Notes: generated from the letters alone by a model not told the origin. A DNA stretch of 64,000 nt from a bacterium (GCA_963674695.2 CAXXGI010000002.1:704001-768000); one strand, 5' to 3'; counted from the first letter of the stretch, positions 27,236 to 40,057 are shown. Made by a program: numbers and translations.

Positions 27236-28771
27236 ATGCGTGACCGGATGAGCCGATCATCGATGTTGTTCTTGGGTGGGTTTGCCGTGATGGCACTTAT
27301 CCTCGTGGCGTGGTGTTGGTTTGGCGCCTACGATCACGATGAGGTGCAGCATCTGCACGCGTCCTGGCTTGTTGCGCAGGGCTCCCTTCCGTTCGTGGAT
27401 TTCCTGGAACAGCACCATCCGACATTTTGGTATCTCCTGGCCCCGATCGTACGTCTTGGCGGATCTCCACATGTGCTCATCGCCAGCGCGCGTTTTTTTG
27501 ATCTGGCGATGCTCGCCGTGCTCATCATCATCGTCGTGCGCATCGTGAGAAATGTTTTTCCTGGGGTCTCCGGGGCGTGGCCTGTGCTCCTGCTCGTTGG
27601 CTCATCGCTCTTTCTGCAGCGTCAGCTCGAGGTGCGCCCCGACGCGTTGATGAATGTCGTCGGGTGGGCGGGACTCTGGCAGTGGATCGTCTATCTCCAA
27701 CGAGGCGGGCGCGTGCGTGCCTTCGTGGCAGGGCTTTTGTCGGGCGTGGCCATCGCTCTCCTGCAGAAGTGGATTCCCTTCTTCGGACTGATGTTTCTTG
27801 GGTCGTTCGTGTTGCTCATCCGAAATCGACGGGATGTATGGTATCGCCGGATGCTGGGCGAGGGGATGGGACTGGTGTTGTTGGGTGCGCTCATCCCGGT
27901 TGCCCTGCTCTTTTTGGCGATTGGTCTGGCCGGGTATTGGCGTGAATTTTTCTTTTGGGCCTACACCTTCAACCGGTTCTTCTATCTGGAATCGATGAGC
28001 GGTGAACTCGGATATCGGTATAAGGCCTTTGCCGAACTCGTTCGAGGTGGGGGCGTGCTCATGCTGTGTGGGCTCGGCGGCGTCGGGATCCTCTGGTACG
28101 ATCTCCTCCGTCGCTGGCGTCCTTCTCCTGAGACAGGGGGCGCAGGCCTTGTCCTCGGCGTCATGGTCGTTGGCAGTATCCCCTATTTGGTCAGCATCCA
28201 CCTGCTCTTTCCGCAGTATTTTTTGCCCGTGCTGCCACTCATGGCGATTTGTTCGCAGGCGCTTTTCACGAGGATTCGGGGAAGATCGTATGAGCGGATC
28301 GTCCAGGCGGTGGTCATCGTCTCCGTGATCGTGGCGGGCAGTGCGTTGGCATTGGGGCGGACCAATCTCGTTCAACGCGCGACGCATCGGCTGATTCTTG
28401 AAAAGACCCGTGCGGAAGCTCCGCTCTTCTTCCCCCCGCCCGCACATCCGATCATCCGTCGGGATGGCGCGTATTTTTGGTACAACGGGATCATGATCGC
28501 CGAAACCTATGAGCGCTATTGTCAAAAATATTCCTGTGCGCACGATTTTCTGGCCCAGGAGGCGGAGCGCTGGCGTGTCGACCCGCCGCGCTATCTCTAT
28601 TTGTCCGAGCACAATCCAAAGGCCTGGCCCTATCGCTGGCGCGAGCATCTCCTCGACTATGAGCCCATGAATATGATTGGCCTCTTTCACCTGAAGGGGG
28701 ACGAGGATGAGTTGCAGGATCACACAGACTCCGTTTTCCCTGGAATGCTTCCTCCTGAAGGGAAAGAATGA
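27236..28771 (+). CDS. GT-C (ArnT/PMT-like) membrane glycosyltransferase
   Basis: DHDEVQHLH, EQHHP, EVRPD, YFWYNG, CAHDFLA. Clear paralog of 24084-25562. Confidence 0.8.
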   Translation: MRDRMSRSSMLFLGGFAVMALILVAWCWFGAYDHDEVQHLHASWLVAQGSLPFVDFLEQHHPTFWYLLAPIVRLGGSPHVLIASARFFDLAMLAVLIIIVVRIVRNVFPGVSGAWPVLLLVGSSLFLQRQLEVRPDALMNVVGWAGLWQWIVYLQRGGRVRAFVAGLLSGVAIALLQKWIPFFGLMFLGSFVLLIRNRRDVWYRRMLGEGMGLVLLGALIPVALLFLAIGLAGYWREFFFWAYTFNRFFYLESMSGELGYRYKAFAELVRGGGVLMLCGLGGVGILWYDLLRRWRPSPETGGAGLVLGVMVVGSIPYLVSIHLLFPQYFLPVLPLMAICSQALFTRIRGRSYERIVQAVVIVSVIVAGSALALGRTNLVQRATHRLILEKTRAEAPLFFPPPAHPIIRRDGAYFWYNGIMIAETYERYCQKYSCAHDFLAQEAERWRVDPPRYLYLSEHNPKAWPYRWREHLLDYEPMNMIGLFHLKGDEDELQDHTDSVFPGMLPPEGKE

Positions 28772-28801
28772 CGAAACAGTCCTTGCTCTGAGGGGGTGGC
28801 G

Positions 28802-30334
28802 ATGACGAACACCGGACACGCACGCATCTGGAAGGATCGGGCGGTTATATTTTTCATTGCCCTCATGATCCGCATGATGTGCGGATATATCTTCTTTGGA
28901 AGCACCGATCTCATCAGCGAAGTGGAAAACAATCGGCTGATTCTTGCGCAAGACTGGACCATGGTTCCCTATTATCCTGCGATCGAAGCCCTGATCTGGT
29001 TCGGCGGTGTGCTCAATACCCAAACATCACTGCCGTTAGCGTTCTGCTATAAGGTGATCCCCATTGTATTCGATGCGCTGCTGGCGGTGCTCCTCTTCGA
29101 TATCGTGGCTTCGCGCGGGAGACGCTTTGCGTATGTGGTGGGGCTTCTCTATGCGCTCTGCCCCGTGCCGATCATTATCATCTGTTTTCACGTCCAGTGG
29201 GATTCCATTACTCTTTTTCTGCTTCTGTTGGCCTTTCATATTCGGGAGTGCTATCGCGAAGGGCCGTGCTCCTCTTTTTGCTTTGGGTTTCTCTTCGGAC
29301 TTTCGGCCTTGATCAAGCCGATGGTCCTGATATTTATTTTTATTTTTCCTCGGCGGGAAAAGCCAGGCGAACTCGTCCAGATTCGCAGACAGATCTTCGG
29401 CTTTGCCGGCCTTGGTGCTGTGCTGGGTATCGGCGTGCTGATGCTGTATGTGTTTGAGTATCCTCTCTATGATGTGATTCATGGGATCACGTCATACGTT
29501 TCGGATACCCTGCCGAAATTCGGGCTTCCGTTCGGCCCGTTTTCTGCGCCGACGAAGTTTTTGCTGTCCCAAAGGACCGTTTTGACGGTCGTCCTCGGGC
29601 TGTCGCTGTTGTATGTCGTTCGAAGGATCGACGTTTTTTCGGTCATGGCCGGGAGCTTCGCTTTTATCTATGTGGCATCGGGTTTGGCGCCGCAGTATCT
29701 TATGTGGATCGTGCCGTGTTTCCTGGCGGCAGCGCGTCTTCGGTTCGGTGCCGTCTATGTGGTCATGATTACCGCATTCCTGCTGCTGTATTATTTCAAC
29801 GGATATGATGAACGGAATCTGGGTACATTCGTGACGCTCAAGGACTTTTCGTGGTTGATGCCGTCTCAGTCAATGGCGCTTTCGACCTGGAGATCGGTGA
29901 CCGATGTGATCGGAAATATTGCGCTTCCCCTCCTGTCGGCCCTGTTCGTTATCTCAATCGTCATATCGGCATTTAGATCACGTCGAGAGAGTGATGCGGG
30001 CGCGTTGCTGCCGCGCTTTGTGCCATGGAAGAACGCTTATCTCTGGTCGATCGCGCTGATCGCGTCGATCATCTGGATTACGGTGATCAGCTTCTCCCGT
30101 GTGGACATGCTCGCGCGTTTCGATGGCCTGGTTGTGGAGAAGGTCTCTCGCTATGGGCTGTCTTTGGTGGACGGTGCTCCCTCGTATGGACCGGAATTGA
30201 TTGAGCTCTATCCGCTGACGTCGAATCTGAATATCGTGACGATACTCTTTGGTCTCGCCGTCTGCTGGGGGGTGTTTGCGCTGACGGTGAGACGCAGAGG
30301 CATAGAAAAGAATGTCATGTCGCCGGTGGAATAG
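28802..30334 (+). CDS. GT-C-like membrane protein (GT87/PIG-M-like)
   Basis: Polytopic. PYYP, QWDSI, LIKP, APQYLMW. Confidence 0.7.
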   Translation: MTNTGHARIWKDRAVIFFIALMIRMMCGYIFFGSTDLISEVENNRLILAQDWTMVPYYPAIEALIWFGGVLNTQTSLPLAFCYKVIPIVFDALLAVLLFDIVASRGRRFAYVVGLLYALCPVPIIIICFHVQWDSITLFLLLLAFHIRECYREGPCSSFCFGFLFGLSALIKPMVLIFIFIFPRREKPGELVQIRRQIFGFAGLGAVLGIGVLMLYVFEYPLYDVIHGITSYVSDTLPKFGLPFGPFSAPTKFLLSQRTVLTVVLGLSLLYVVRRIDVFSVMAGSFAFIYVASGLAPQYLMWIVPCFLAAARLRFGAVYVVMITAFLLLYYFNGYDERNLGTFVTLKDFSWLMPSQSMALSTWRSVTDVIGNIALPLLSALFVISIVISAFRSRRESDAGALLPRFVPWKNAYLWSIALIASIIWITVISFSRVDMLARFDGLVVEKVSRYGLSLVDGAPSYGPELIELYPLTSNLNIVTILFGLAVCWGVFALTVRRRGIEKNVMSPVE

Positions 30335-30464
30335 GGCTCCTTTGTAAAAATGGCCTTCGAATCTGCAAAAAGAGTGTGTCTCGCCCTTTTTCTTGCCTTT
30401 CCCCGTTCAAATCGCTACGGTGGCCCGCTTTTTCGGGGGAGGGAAGAGCGGCTGTCGTCGAGAG

Positions 30465-30546
30465 GCGAGGATGGCGGAACTGGCAGACGCGCTGGATTTA
30501 GGATCCAGTGGGGCAACCCATGGGGGTTCGAGTCCCCCTCCTCGCA
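30465..30546 (+). tRNA. tRNA-Leu (TAG)
   Basis: GCGAGGA/TCCTCGC acceptor stem, CTGGA-TTTAGGA-TCCAG anticodon arm, variable arm, GGTTCGAGTCC T-loop. CCA not encoded. Usual position upstream of tig. Confidence 0.95.
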
Positions 30547-30592
30547 CAGGATATGCCGCATGAGCGGCCAGAGATGAAAAAGGAGAACGTCC

Positions 30593-31900
30593 ATGAAGCA
30601 CTCCGTCGAAGAGGTCAGCTCCATCAAGCGCAAAATCACGGTCGAGGCCAGCCCCGAAGAGGTCGATGCGGCATGGGGCAAGGCGCTGGCCGAGGTTCGC
30701 CGTGAGGCGAAGGTCCCCGGTTTTCGCAAGGGGAAGGTCCCGGATCAGATGCTGCTGACGCGCTTCGGTGACGATATCGCGATGGAGGCGGCCAAGGCCG
30801 TCGTCTCCAAGACGCTTACCCCTGCGGTGCGCGAGGTCGGTATCTTTCCGCTTGGCGAGCCGCGCATCGAGCCGGAGGGCGTCCCGGAGAAGGGCAAGCC
30901 CTTCACCTATCACGCCCACTATGAGGTCTATCCGGAGGTGACCGCCAAGGGATATGAGAAGCTCAACCTCGAGCGCGAGAAGGCGACGGTCACCGATGAG
31001 GAGGTTGAGACGGAGCTGACCCGCATGCAGCAGCAGATGACGCAGCTCGAACCCGCAGCGGGTGAGGGGATCGGTCCGGGCATGGTGGCCATGATCGATT
31101 TCAAGGGGACCGCCGATGGAAAACCCTTTCCCGGCAGCGAGGCCGAGAACTATGTCGTCGATTTCGGCAGCGGTCGGCTCCTCAAGGAGTTCGAGAACGA
31201 GATCGTCGGCATGAAGGGGGGCGAAAAGGGTGAGATCAACTTCACCTACCCGACCGACTACTTCAAGAAAGAGGTCGCAGGCAAGGCGGGGTGCTTTCAG
31301 ATTTCGGTCAAGGAGGTACGCCGCAAGATCGTGCCGGAGCTCAACGACGATTTCGCCAAAGAGCTGGGGCAGTATAAGACGCTCGATGAGGTCCGCGCAG
31401 AGCTGAAAAAGCGGATCGTCGAATATAAAGATGCCGTCTGGCGCGGAAGGCTCAAGGATCAGGCCATTCGGCAGATCATCGAGGCGAACAAGGAACTCGA
31501 GGTGCCCATGGCGCTCGTCGACGGCGAGCTGGGAAACATGCTCGAGCAGCTCAAACAGCAGGTCGAATCGCGTGGGCAGACCTTCGATCAGAGCAAGATC
31601 GATCCGAAGCAGTTCGTCCAGACCAACCTCGAAGAGGCGACCAACCGCGCGCGCGGCTTCATGCTCGTGCGCGCCATCTCCGAGCAGGAGAAGGTGGCGC
31701 TCGAGGATGCCGAGCTCGACGAGCGCATCGAGGCGATCGCGGCCCAACAGAAGCAGCCGGTCGACCGGGTTCGCCAGCAGCTCGAGAAGAACAACCAGCT
31801 GGACAACCTGCGCGGGCAGATTTTATTCGATAAAACGCTTGATTTAGTCCTGACAAAGGCTAAAATTAAGGAAAAGAAGCCAGAAAAAACGAAAAAATAG
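30593..31900 (+). CDS. tig: Trigger factor
   Basis: PGFRKGKVP motif, FKBP domain, operon context. Confidence 0.97.
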   Translation: MKHSVEEVSSIKRKITVEASPEEVDAAWGKALAEVRREAKVPGFRKGKVPDQMLLTRFGDDIAMEAAKAVVSKTLTPAVREVGIFPLGEPRIEPEGVPEKGKPFTYHAHYEVYPEVTAKGYEKLNLEREKATVTDEEVETELTRMQQQMTQLEPAAGEGIGPGMVAMIDFKGTADGKPFPGSEAENYVVDFGSGRLLKEFENEIVGMKGGEKGEINFTYPTDYFKKEVAGKAGCFQISVKEVRRKIVPELNDDFAKELGQYKTLDEVRAELKKRIVEYKDAVWRGRLKDQAIRQIIEANKELEVPMALVDGELGNMLEQLKQQVESRGQTFDQSKIDPKQFVQTNLEEATNRARGFMLVRAISEQEKVALEDAELDERIEAIAAQQKQPVDRVRQQLEKNNQLDNLRGQILFDKTLDLVLTKAKIKEKKPEKTKK

Positions 31901-31937
31901 CTTTTTCTTGATAGAATTTACTCGAAAATGAGGCGTT

Positions 31938-32564
<627 letters not shown>

Positions 32565-32588
32565 ACGGCGAAGAGAATGTTCATTTGG

Positions 32589-32663
32589 TGTCATTCCCGC
32601 GGGTGGAAGCGGGAATCTCGATTGTGATTGTCCGTCGAGATCCCCGCGTTCGCGGGGATGACA
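32589..32663. repeat. REP-type palindromic repeat
   Basis: TGTCATTCCCGC...GCGGGAATCTCG...CGAGATCCCCGCGTTCGCGGGGATGACA. Confidence 0.85.
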
Positions 32664-32687
32664 ACGCCAAGGGAAGACGGAGTGTAT

Positions 32688-33956
<1,269 letters not shown>

Positions 33957-33962
33957 ATTTCG

Positions 33963-34081
33963 TGAGACGGCTGAATCGTGAGGTGGCAAAATCGTGAGAT
34001 AGCGATATGGCTTAATGGCAAGATAGCTTAATTACAAAGAGCATTTAGCCATCTCGCTATTGAGCTATCTCACTATCTCAC
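33963..34081. repeat. Degenerate octamer-based inverted repeat array
   Basis: GTGAGA(C/T)(G/A)GC units, then complementary GCTATCTCAC units. Related array at 49760-49847. Confidence 0.6.
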
Positions 34082-34094
34082 CAGAGAGGATCTT

Positions 34095-36602
34095 ATGACC
34101 GACAAATTGCCGAAGGATGAGAAGGGTGAAAAAATTGCGCCGGAGCGGAAGATCGATGGACCGGTAGTGGTGCCGCTGTTGCCGCTGCGCGACATCGTCG
34201 TCTTTCCGTATATGGTCGTGCCGCTCTTCGTCGGGCGCGAGAAGTCGATTGCCGCGCTCGAAGAGGCCATGAACAAGGAGAAGGATATCCTGCTCTCCGC
34301 ACAGATCAATCCGAAGACGAACGATCCGAAGGAAGACGATATCTACAAGGTCGGCACGCTCTCCTCCATCATCCAGCTGCTGCGTCTTCCGGATGGCACG
34401 GTGAAGGTGCTCGTCGAAGGGCGCAAGCGGGCCTGCATCAATCAGTATCTGTCCAACCCGAACTTCTTCCAGGTCGAGGCCGAGGCCTTCCAGGCGGAAG
34501 GGGAGGTGACCGTCGAGATCGAGGCGCTCATGCGCGGGGTGAAGAGCACCTTCGAACAGTACGTGAAGCTCAATAAGCGCATTCCGCCAGAGATGCTTGC
34601 GTCTGTCTCCACCATTGAGGATCCTTCGCGGCTTGCCGACACAATCGTTGCGCACCTGTCGCTCAAACTCCCCGACAAACAGAGCATCCTCGAAGTGATC
34701 TCGCCGGCTGACCGCCTGGAAAAGCTCCTCTCGCTCATGCAGTCCGAGATCGAGATTCTGCAGGTCGAGCGCCGCATTCGGTCGCGCGTGAAGAAGCAGA
34801 TGGAGAAGACGCAGCGCGAGTACTATCTCAACGAACAGATGCAGGCCATTCAGAAGGAGTTGGGTGAACGCGACGAGTTCAAGAGCGAGATTGCTGAACT
34901 GGAGGAGAAGGCAAAACAGAAGGAGCTCTCCACCGAAGCCAAGGATCGCGTCGCCAAGGAGATCAAGAAGCTCAAGATGATGAGCCCGATGTCCGCCGAG
35001 GCGACGGTGGTGCGCAACTATATCGATTGGGTGCTCTCGCTTCCCTGGGAGGAACTCACCAAGGATAAGCTCGATATTAAGGAAGCGGAGAAGATTCTCA
35101 ACGAGGATCACTATGGGTTGGAGCAGCCCAAGGAGCGCATCATCGAATATCTCGCGGTGCGCACGCTGGTGGAAAAGATGAAGGGCCCGATCCTCTGCTT
35201 TGTAGGACCTCCGGGGGTGGGAAAGACGTCGCTCGGTCGTTCCATCTCGCGCGCCATGGGCCGCAAGTTCATCCGACTCTCTTTGGGCGGCGTGCGCGAT
35301 GAGGCCGAAATTCGCGGGCACCGGCGTACCTACATCGGCGCAATGCCGGGCAAGGTGATTCAGAGCCTTAAAAAAGCCGGTTCCTGTAACCCCGTTTTTC
35401 TGCTCGACGAGGTCGATAAGATGAGCATGGACTTTCGCGGCGATCCCTCCGCGGCGCTCCTCGAGGTGCTCGATCCGGAACAGAACTCTACGTTCAACGA
35501 TCACTATCTTGATCTCGACTTTGATCTGTCGCACGTCATGTTCATCACCACGGCCAACACGTTGCCGTCCATCCCCATGCCGCTGCGGGATCGCATGGAG
35601 ATCATCCGTATTCCGGGCTATACCGAACTCGAAAAACTCAAGATCGCGCAGATCTATTTGGTGCGCAAACAGCGCGAAGCCAACGGCTTGACCGAGAAGA
35701 ATATCAGTTTCACGGAGAGCGCGCTCAAGTATGTCGTTCGTCACTACACGCGGGAGGCGGGCGTGCGTAACCTCGAGCGCGAGGTCGCCTCGATCTGCCG
35801 CAAGGTGGCGCGCGAGGTCGCACGGTCGGGCAATCGCGACAAACTCATCCGGATCACGCCCAAGAAGGTGCAGCAGTATCTGGGCGTTCCGAAGTTTCAT
35901 TTTGGTCTGGTCGAGGAGCACGACCAGATCGGCATGACCACGGGGCTGGCCTGGACGGAAGTCGGCGGGGAACTTTTGCAGACCGAGGTGAGCGTCATGC
36001 CCGGAAAGGGGAAACTCATCGTCACCGGAAAGTTGGGCGAGGTCATGCAGGAGTCGGCGCAGGCAGCGATGAGCTATGTCCGTTCACGCGCGGACGATCT
36101 GGGGCTCGGGCGCGACTTTTACGACAAGCTCGACATCCATATCCACCTCCCCGAGGGGGCGATCCCCAAGGACGGCCCGTCGGCCGGTATCACCATGGCC
36201 ACCGCCATCGCCTCCGCACTCCTCAAAATTCCGGTGCGCAAGGATGTCGCCATGACCGGCGAGATCACGCTGCGCGGGCGCGTATTGCCGATCGGCGGTT
36301 TGAAGGAAAAACTCCTGGCCGCGCATCGGGGTAAGATCAAGAAGGTGCTCGTGCCGAAGGAGAACAAGAGGGATTTGAAGGAGATTCCAAAGAAAATCCT
36401 CAAGGAACTCGATATCGTGCTGGTGGAACACATGGATGACGTTCTCGCCAATGCGTTGGCGATGGATGATCCGAAGCGGCTCTTTCGCCACAACAAAGAG
36501 CACAAGCTGATCGGCGGAGACGGAGAGGGTGCAAAGAAGGCGCGCGCCAAACCCGCCGCGCGCAGCCGTAGGCGTAACACCGAGCCGAGGGTGGTGGTCT
36601 GA
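34095..36602 (+). CDS. lon: Lon protease
   Basis: [23 protein letters not shown]. Confidence 0.98.
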   Translation: MTDKLPKDEKGEKIAPERKIDGPVVVPLLPLRDIVVFPYMVVPLFVGREKSIAALEEAMNKEKDILLSAQINPKTNDPKEDDIYKVGTLSSIIQLLRLPDGTVKVLVEGRKRACINQYLSNPNFFQVEAEAFQAEGEVTVEIEALMRGVKSTFEQYVKLNKRIPPEMLASVSTIEDPSRLADTIVAHLSLKLPDKQSILEVISPADRLEKLLSLMQSEIEILQVERRIRSRVKKQMEKTQREYYLNEQMQAIQKELGERDEFKSEIAELEEKAKQKELSTEAKDRVAKEIKKLKMMSPMSAEATVVRNYIDWVLSLPWEELTKDKLDIKEAEKILNEDHYGLEQPKERIIEYLAVRTLVEKMKGPILCFVGPPGVGKTSLGRSISRAMGRKFIRLSLGGVRDEAEIRGHRRTYIGAMPGKVIQSLKKAGSCNPVFLLDEVDKMSMDFRGDPSAALLEVLDPEQNSTFNDHYLDLDFDLSHVMFITTANTLPSIPMPLRDRMEIIRIPGYTELEKLKIAQIYLVRKQREANGLTEKNISFTESALKYVVRHYTREAGVRNLEREVASICRKVAREVARSGNRDKLIRITPKKVQQYLGVPKFHFGLVEEHDQIGMTTGLAWTEVGGELLQTEVSVMPGKGKLIVTGKLGEVMQESAQAAMSYVRSRADDLGLGRDFYDKLDIHIHLPEGAIPKDGPSAGITMATAIASALLKIPVRKDVAMTGEITLRGRVLPIGGLKEKLLAAHRGKIKKVLVPKENKRDLKEIPKKILKELDIVLVEHMDDVLANALAMDDPKRLFRHNKEHKLIGGDGEGAKKARAKPAARSRRRNTEPRVVV

Positions 36603-36648
36603 AATAGGCCCGCCGGAGGCGGGTCAGACTGCTGACAAAGTCCCATGA

Positions 36649-36774
36649 TGTCATTCCGAGCGGACCCGGCATCGTATGATGCCGGGGAAGTCGAGGAATC
36701 TCATGAGATCCCTCCACTCCCTCGTGCAACTCGGTCGGTCGGGATGACAAACCCTGTTGTTGTCCGGAATGACA
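36649..36774. repeat. REP-like composite palindrome
   Basis: About 60 bp (CATTCCGAGCGGACCCGGCATCGTATGATGCCGGGG...CTCATGAGATCC) recurs inverted at 40193-40252. Confidence 0.8.
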
Positions 36775-36789
36775 AAACCGCGTCTCTCG

Positions 36790-37848
36790 CTAGCGTTTAA
36801 TCTCCCATCCCTTCGCGTGTGCTTCGAGCAGGATCTTCTTACGAAACCCCCCACAGATGAATCGATGATAGGGCGTGTTCTTGCCGATGACCCTGCGCCA
36901 GGCGCTGTTCGAGGCCGCCGCGATTGAATCCATGACGAGCGTCTGTTCGTGCATCGCGCCGTCGACGGATACGCGCACCGGGATGTAGACGCGCGTGCCG
37001 AAGTTGAACATCAGCTCCGCGCTCTCTCGCGCGCGTCCCTCGACGTCGACGCATTCGCTGCGCAGCGTCCAGGCGCTCCAGCCGTTTCCCGTAAAACCCC
37101 GCATGATGAAGTCCATCTTGATACCAAACGGTTTGAAGACGTAGATGTGATGATAGGCATCCACGAAGTTTCGGCCCTTTTCATCGGTTCCTTCCCCGCA
37201 CCGAACCGGGGGGCTGACGTAATAGGTGTAGAGGGGGGCGGCCTCCAGCCGATCGAGGTAGGTCTGCGCCGATGCGGCCGGCAGATCGACGGCGAACATC
37301 GTGGCGGGCATGCCGCCCCCCCGGTCTAACTCGATCCAGACATCGTCGCAGGAGTCGATCGTGTTGAAGACCGGCGAGGTTTCCCAGTCGTAATGTTCGG
37401 GGCAGGCGCGCTCGAGTTTGAAACGCTTGGCGATGACGCCGAGTGGCAGCGCCTCCCTCGGCGTCATGCTCTCCCCCTTATGCTTGTTGCGCAGCTCGTT
37501 GTGATTTTCCCTCTTGGCGAAATTTGAGCTGGTCACCGCCGTCAGGATAGTGTCCTGCGTCAGCATGCCGTTGAGGAGGCTCCCAAAGATCCATTTGCGA
37601 TCGGCCGGAAAGTGTTCATAGCCCGTTCGAATGCTCGCGGCCAGGCGTGAGCGAGTGCGGTCGCGCACCGCCTTGAGCCCATCATCGTCGATGCTGCAGG
37701 TGAGCGCCCCATCGTCGCCCGTGGTGCAGCTGACATCGGCGGCCGATGGAAGGGCGATGCTCTTGATCTGTATCGGTTTCTCCTCAGGAGGGATCTGGGC
37801 GACGGCTGCGTCTCCCTGTGGACCCCCTGCAATAATCCGATCTGACAT
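36790..37848 (-). CDS. Hypothetical protein
   Basis: Long ORF with GC-rich codon usage. C-terminal half may be START/polyketide-cyclase-like (weak). Confidence 0.65.
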   Translation of the reverse strand: MSDRIIAGGPQGDAAVAQIPPEEKPIQIKSIALPSAADVSCTTGDDGALTCSIDDDGLKAVRDRTRSRLAASIRTGYEHFPADRKWIFGSLLNGMLTQDTILTAVTSSNFAKRENHNELRNKHKGESMTPREALPLGVIAKRFKLERACPEHYDWETSPVFNTIDSCDDVWIELDRGGGMPATMFAVDLPAASAQTYLDRLEAAPLYTYYVSPPVRCGEGTDEKGRNFVDAYHHIYVFKPFGIKMDFIMRGFTGNGWSAWTLRSECVDVEGRARESAELMFNFGTRVYIPVRVSVDGAMHEQTLVMDSIAAASNSAWRRVIGKNTPYHRFICGGFRKKILLEAHAKGWEIKR

Positions 37849-38042
37849 ATGTTTTTCCCCCACGTCGTTTTCCCGTTGATACAGAAAGGGCGGAAGTTGG
37901 TAAAGACGCGCCGCTTCCATGCGCGCGACGGACAGAGAGACTTGCCCGCAAACGGCGGGCAAGTCAATCTCTGCAGCCTATTGCACTGCGCAACGTCTTT
38001 GACGCGATGGCGGGGTTCACGTGGGGGGGAGGCGTCATTCTC

Positions 38043-38492
38043 TTACGTCAGAGGTGGACGGGCGAGGATGTTGCGGGCGAGGGCGAGAAACCGTTCGGCA
38101 GACGCAACGAGTTTTCGCGCGCCGTTCTCGGAAAAGTCGTCGCTGTAGTCTGCATTTTCGCGCATCTGTTTGGCCATCTGGAAGTCTTCGATCAGGCGAT
38201 GGAAGGGGTCGCCCTCTCCCGCATAGAGATGCGCGACGGCGATGCGCAGGCATCGGTGGTGATGTTCGCGAAATCCCTTGGCGAAGAGGAGCGCGCGCGC
38301 CGTGTGGAACATCGAATAGTAGGCCTGGATCGTCGACCACTTCCATCGCGCGCGGTCGATGCCCTCTCGCGCTTCGGTCAGATCGCTCTCGGCGGTTCCG
38401 AGTTCCTTCTGCACCAGCTTCGGTCCGTTTGCGAAGGCGGCGATATGATTCTTCTGCACGCATTCCTGAAACTGCTGTTCTATGTTTCCCAT
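38043..38492 (-). CDS. HEPN domain protein (toxin of HEPN/MNT pair)
   Basis: AYYSMFHTARALL...HH...RENADY. Confidence 0.85.
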   Translation of the reverse strand: MGNIEQQFQECVQKNHIAAFANGPKLVQKELGTAESDLTEAREGIDRARWKWSTIQAYYSMFHTARALLFAKGFREHHHRCLRIAVAHLYAGEGDPFHRLIEDFQMAKQMRENADYSDDFSENGARKLVASAERFLALARNILARPPLT

Positions 38493-39016
38493 AGGACGAT
38501 TCCCTTTCTGATCTCTTCCGCAAGAACGGGTTCTCCTTCATCGAGTGAGAGCATTTGTTCGGGCGTCTTGTAGAGCGTCTGAACCCGTTCGGCGATGGTG
38601 CTTTCGTCGACCATTCTTTGGACGGCACGGGTATCAGTGGTCACGACGATCAGGTCGAAGTCGCTTTTCGCATGACTCGTTCCCTGCGCGCGGCTGCCGA
38701 AGAGGACGATCTTCGATGCGATCGGTTTGATTCGATCAATGAGCGGTTCGAGGACAAGGAGGTTGGAGAGGATGCGAAAAGGAACGAGCCATGCATGCGT
38801 TCCATTGAGCCGGTTGAAGCAGCGACGCCCGCGATGGATCCGTTCGGTGACACCCATATCGGCGAGTTTTACCAGAGCCTGGTGAACGGCGGCACGCTTC
38901 ACCGCGACGGCGCGTTCGGTTACCTCTGCATCGGAGAGCTCTCCCCCGTCCTGGAGGAGGACATCCAAAACGCGTAGTAGAGGCGTGCTAAAGAGTTGAT
39001 ATTTAATGTCTTCCAT
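38480..39016 (-). CDS. wHTH + minimal nucleotidyltransferase (MNT antitoxin)
   Basis: N-terminal HTH, LFGSRAQG...SDFDL. Overlaps the HEPN gene. Confidence 0.85.
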   Translation of the reverse strand: MEDIKYQLFSTPLLRVLDVLLQDGGELSDAEVTERAVAVKRAAVHQALVKLADMGVTERIHRGRRCFNRLNGTHAWLVPFRILSNLLVLEPLIDRIKPIASKIVLFGSRAQGTSHAKSDFDLIVVTTDTRAVQRMVDESTIAERVQTLYKTPEQMLSLDEGEPVLAEEIRKGIVLWET

Positions 39017-39027
39017 ATATACAGAAT

Positions 39028-39045
39028 TATCCATATATATGGATA
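39028..39045. promoter_or_regulatory. Perfect 18-bp palindrome, putative MNT/HEPN operator
   Basis: TATCCATATATATGGATA, 11 bp upstream of the MNT start. Confidence 0.6.
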
Positions 39046-39104
39046 TAAATGCAACCCGTTTTTTTGGGGGGAAGAGTCAATCTACGGGAAGGGAAGGGAG
39101 GCCC

Positions 39105-39452
39105 TCAACACGTTAGATGCAGCGCGCAGACGGTCTGCGCCCGCTCCTCGTCGGTGAGCGCATTGAATTCGCCCACGGCCTCAGGCGTCGGTGCGGCGAT
39201 GAGTTCGATGCCCAATGTTTCGCATGCGCCGCGCACCTCGGGCAGGACCTGGCACTTCCCGTTCGCTCCCGTACCGATGATGAGGCGTGCGGGCTTCGGG
39301 TCGAGAAAGACGGCCAGGTCGAAGAGCGAGACCTCGTGCCCCGACTTTCGCCACCAGCCGGGGCGAACGCCCGTGGGCGTGATGACGATGTCGTCCTCAT
39401 AGGTCTTCCCGTCGATCTCGATTTTTCCGAATTGATAGCTCGTGATCTGCAT
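39105..39452 (-). CDS. Mth938-like (DUF498/598) protein
   Basis: YQFGKIEIDGKTY, IIGTG, PTPEAV..FN, ALHLTC. Confidence 0.9.
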   Translation of the reverse strand: MQITSYQFGKIEIDGKTYEDDIVITPTGVRPGWWRKSGHEVSLFDLAVFLDPKPARLIIGTGANGKCQVLPEVRGACETLGIELIAAPTPEAVGEFNALTDEERAQTVCALHLTC

Positions 39453-39508
39453 GGAGGAGCATTTTACACCCCTTGAACCTCCCGTCAATCCATGCCAGGG
39501 TGGTGACC

Positions 39509-40057
39509 ATGATTCGCATTATTCGCACGCCGGTTCGCGTCCTCGTCTTCATCGTTTGTTTTGTCATCACCTACCTGGAGATGGCGGCCGACTGGATCAT
39601 CGGCGTGCGCGCTCGCACCGAGTATGTGCGCGAGGGGAAGTGCAAGCGCTGCGGGCGCTGTTGCCAGGCGCTCGCACTCATCATGCCCCGTGGCATGGCC
39701 CGACGCGATTGGCTCGTGCGTGCGGTGAGCTGGTGTCACGGCGTTGCGCTCAATTTTTACTATATCGCCGAGGAGGAGAACTGGCTGATCTACGGGTGCA
39801 ACTATTATAAAAACGGGTGCTCTATCTATCCCTTCCGCCACCGGATCTGTCGCAGCTTTCCGCGTCAGCAGCTCTACGGTCATCCCAACGTCCATCCCGA
39901 CTGCGGCTTCTCGTTTGTGCGACGCGATGTCTGGGAACGTCGTCGCGCGGAGAAGGAGGCGGGGAAGACCCCGTTCGATGCGGTCATCGCCCGCGAACGC
40001 GCCGCCCTCGCCGAGCGCCGCAGCCCCGCACCGCCGTCGTGCACGCACACGCCGTAA
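39509..40057 (+). CDS. YkgJ-family CxxCxxCC Fe-S/Zn cluster protein
   Basis: CKRCGRCC, CSIYPFRHRICRSFP, CGF. Confidence 0.82.
   Translation: MIRIIRTPVRVLVFIVCFVITYLEMAADWIIGVRARTEYVREGKCKRCGRCCQALALIMPRGMARRDWLVRAVSWCHGVALNFYYIAEEENWLIYGCNYYKNGCSIYPFRHRICRSFPRQQLYGHPNVHPDCGFSFVRRDVWERRRAEKEAGKTPFDAVIARERAALAERRSPAPPSCTHTP

Noticed and set aside
30465-30546. tRNA-Leu as integration site of the upstream glycosylation island
   Set aside because: No integrase and no duplicated tRNA 3' end found in the window.
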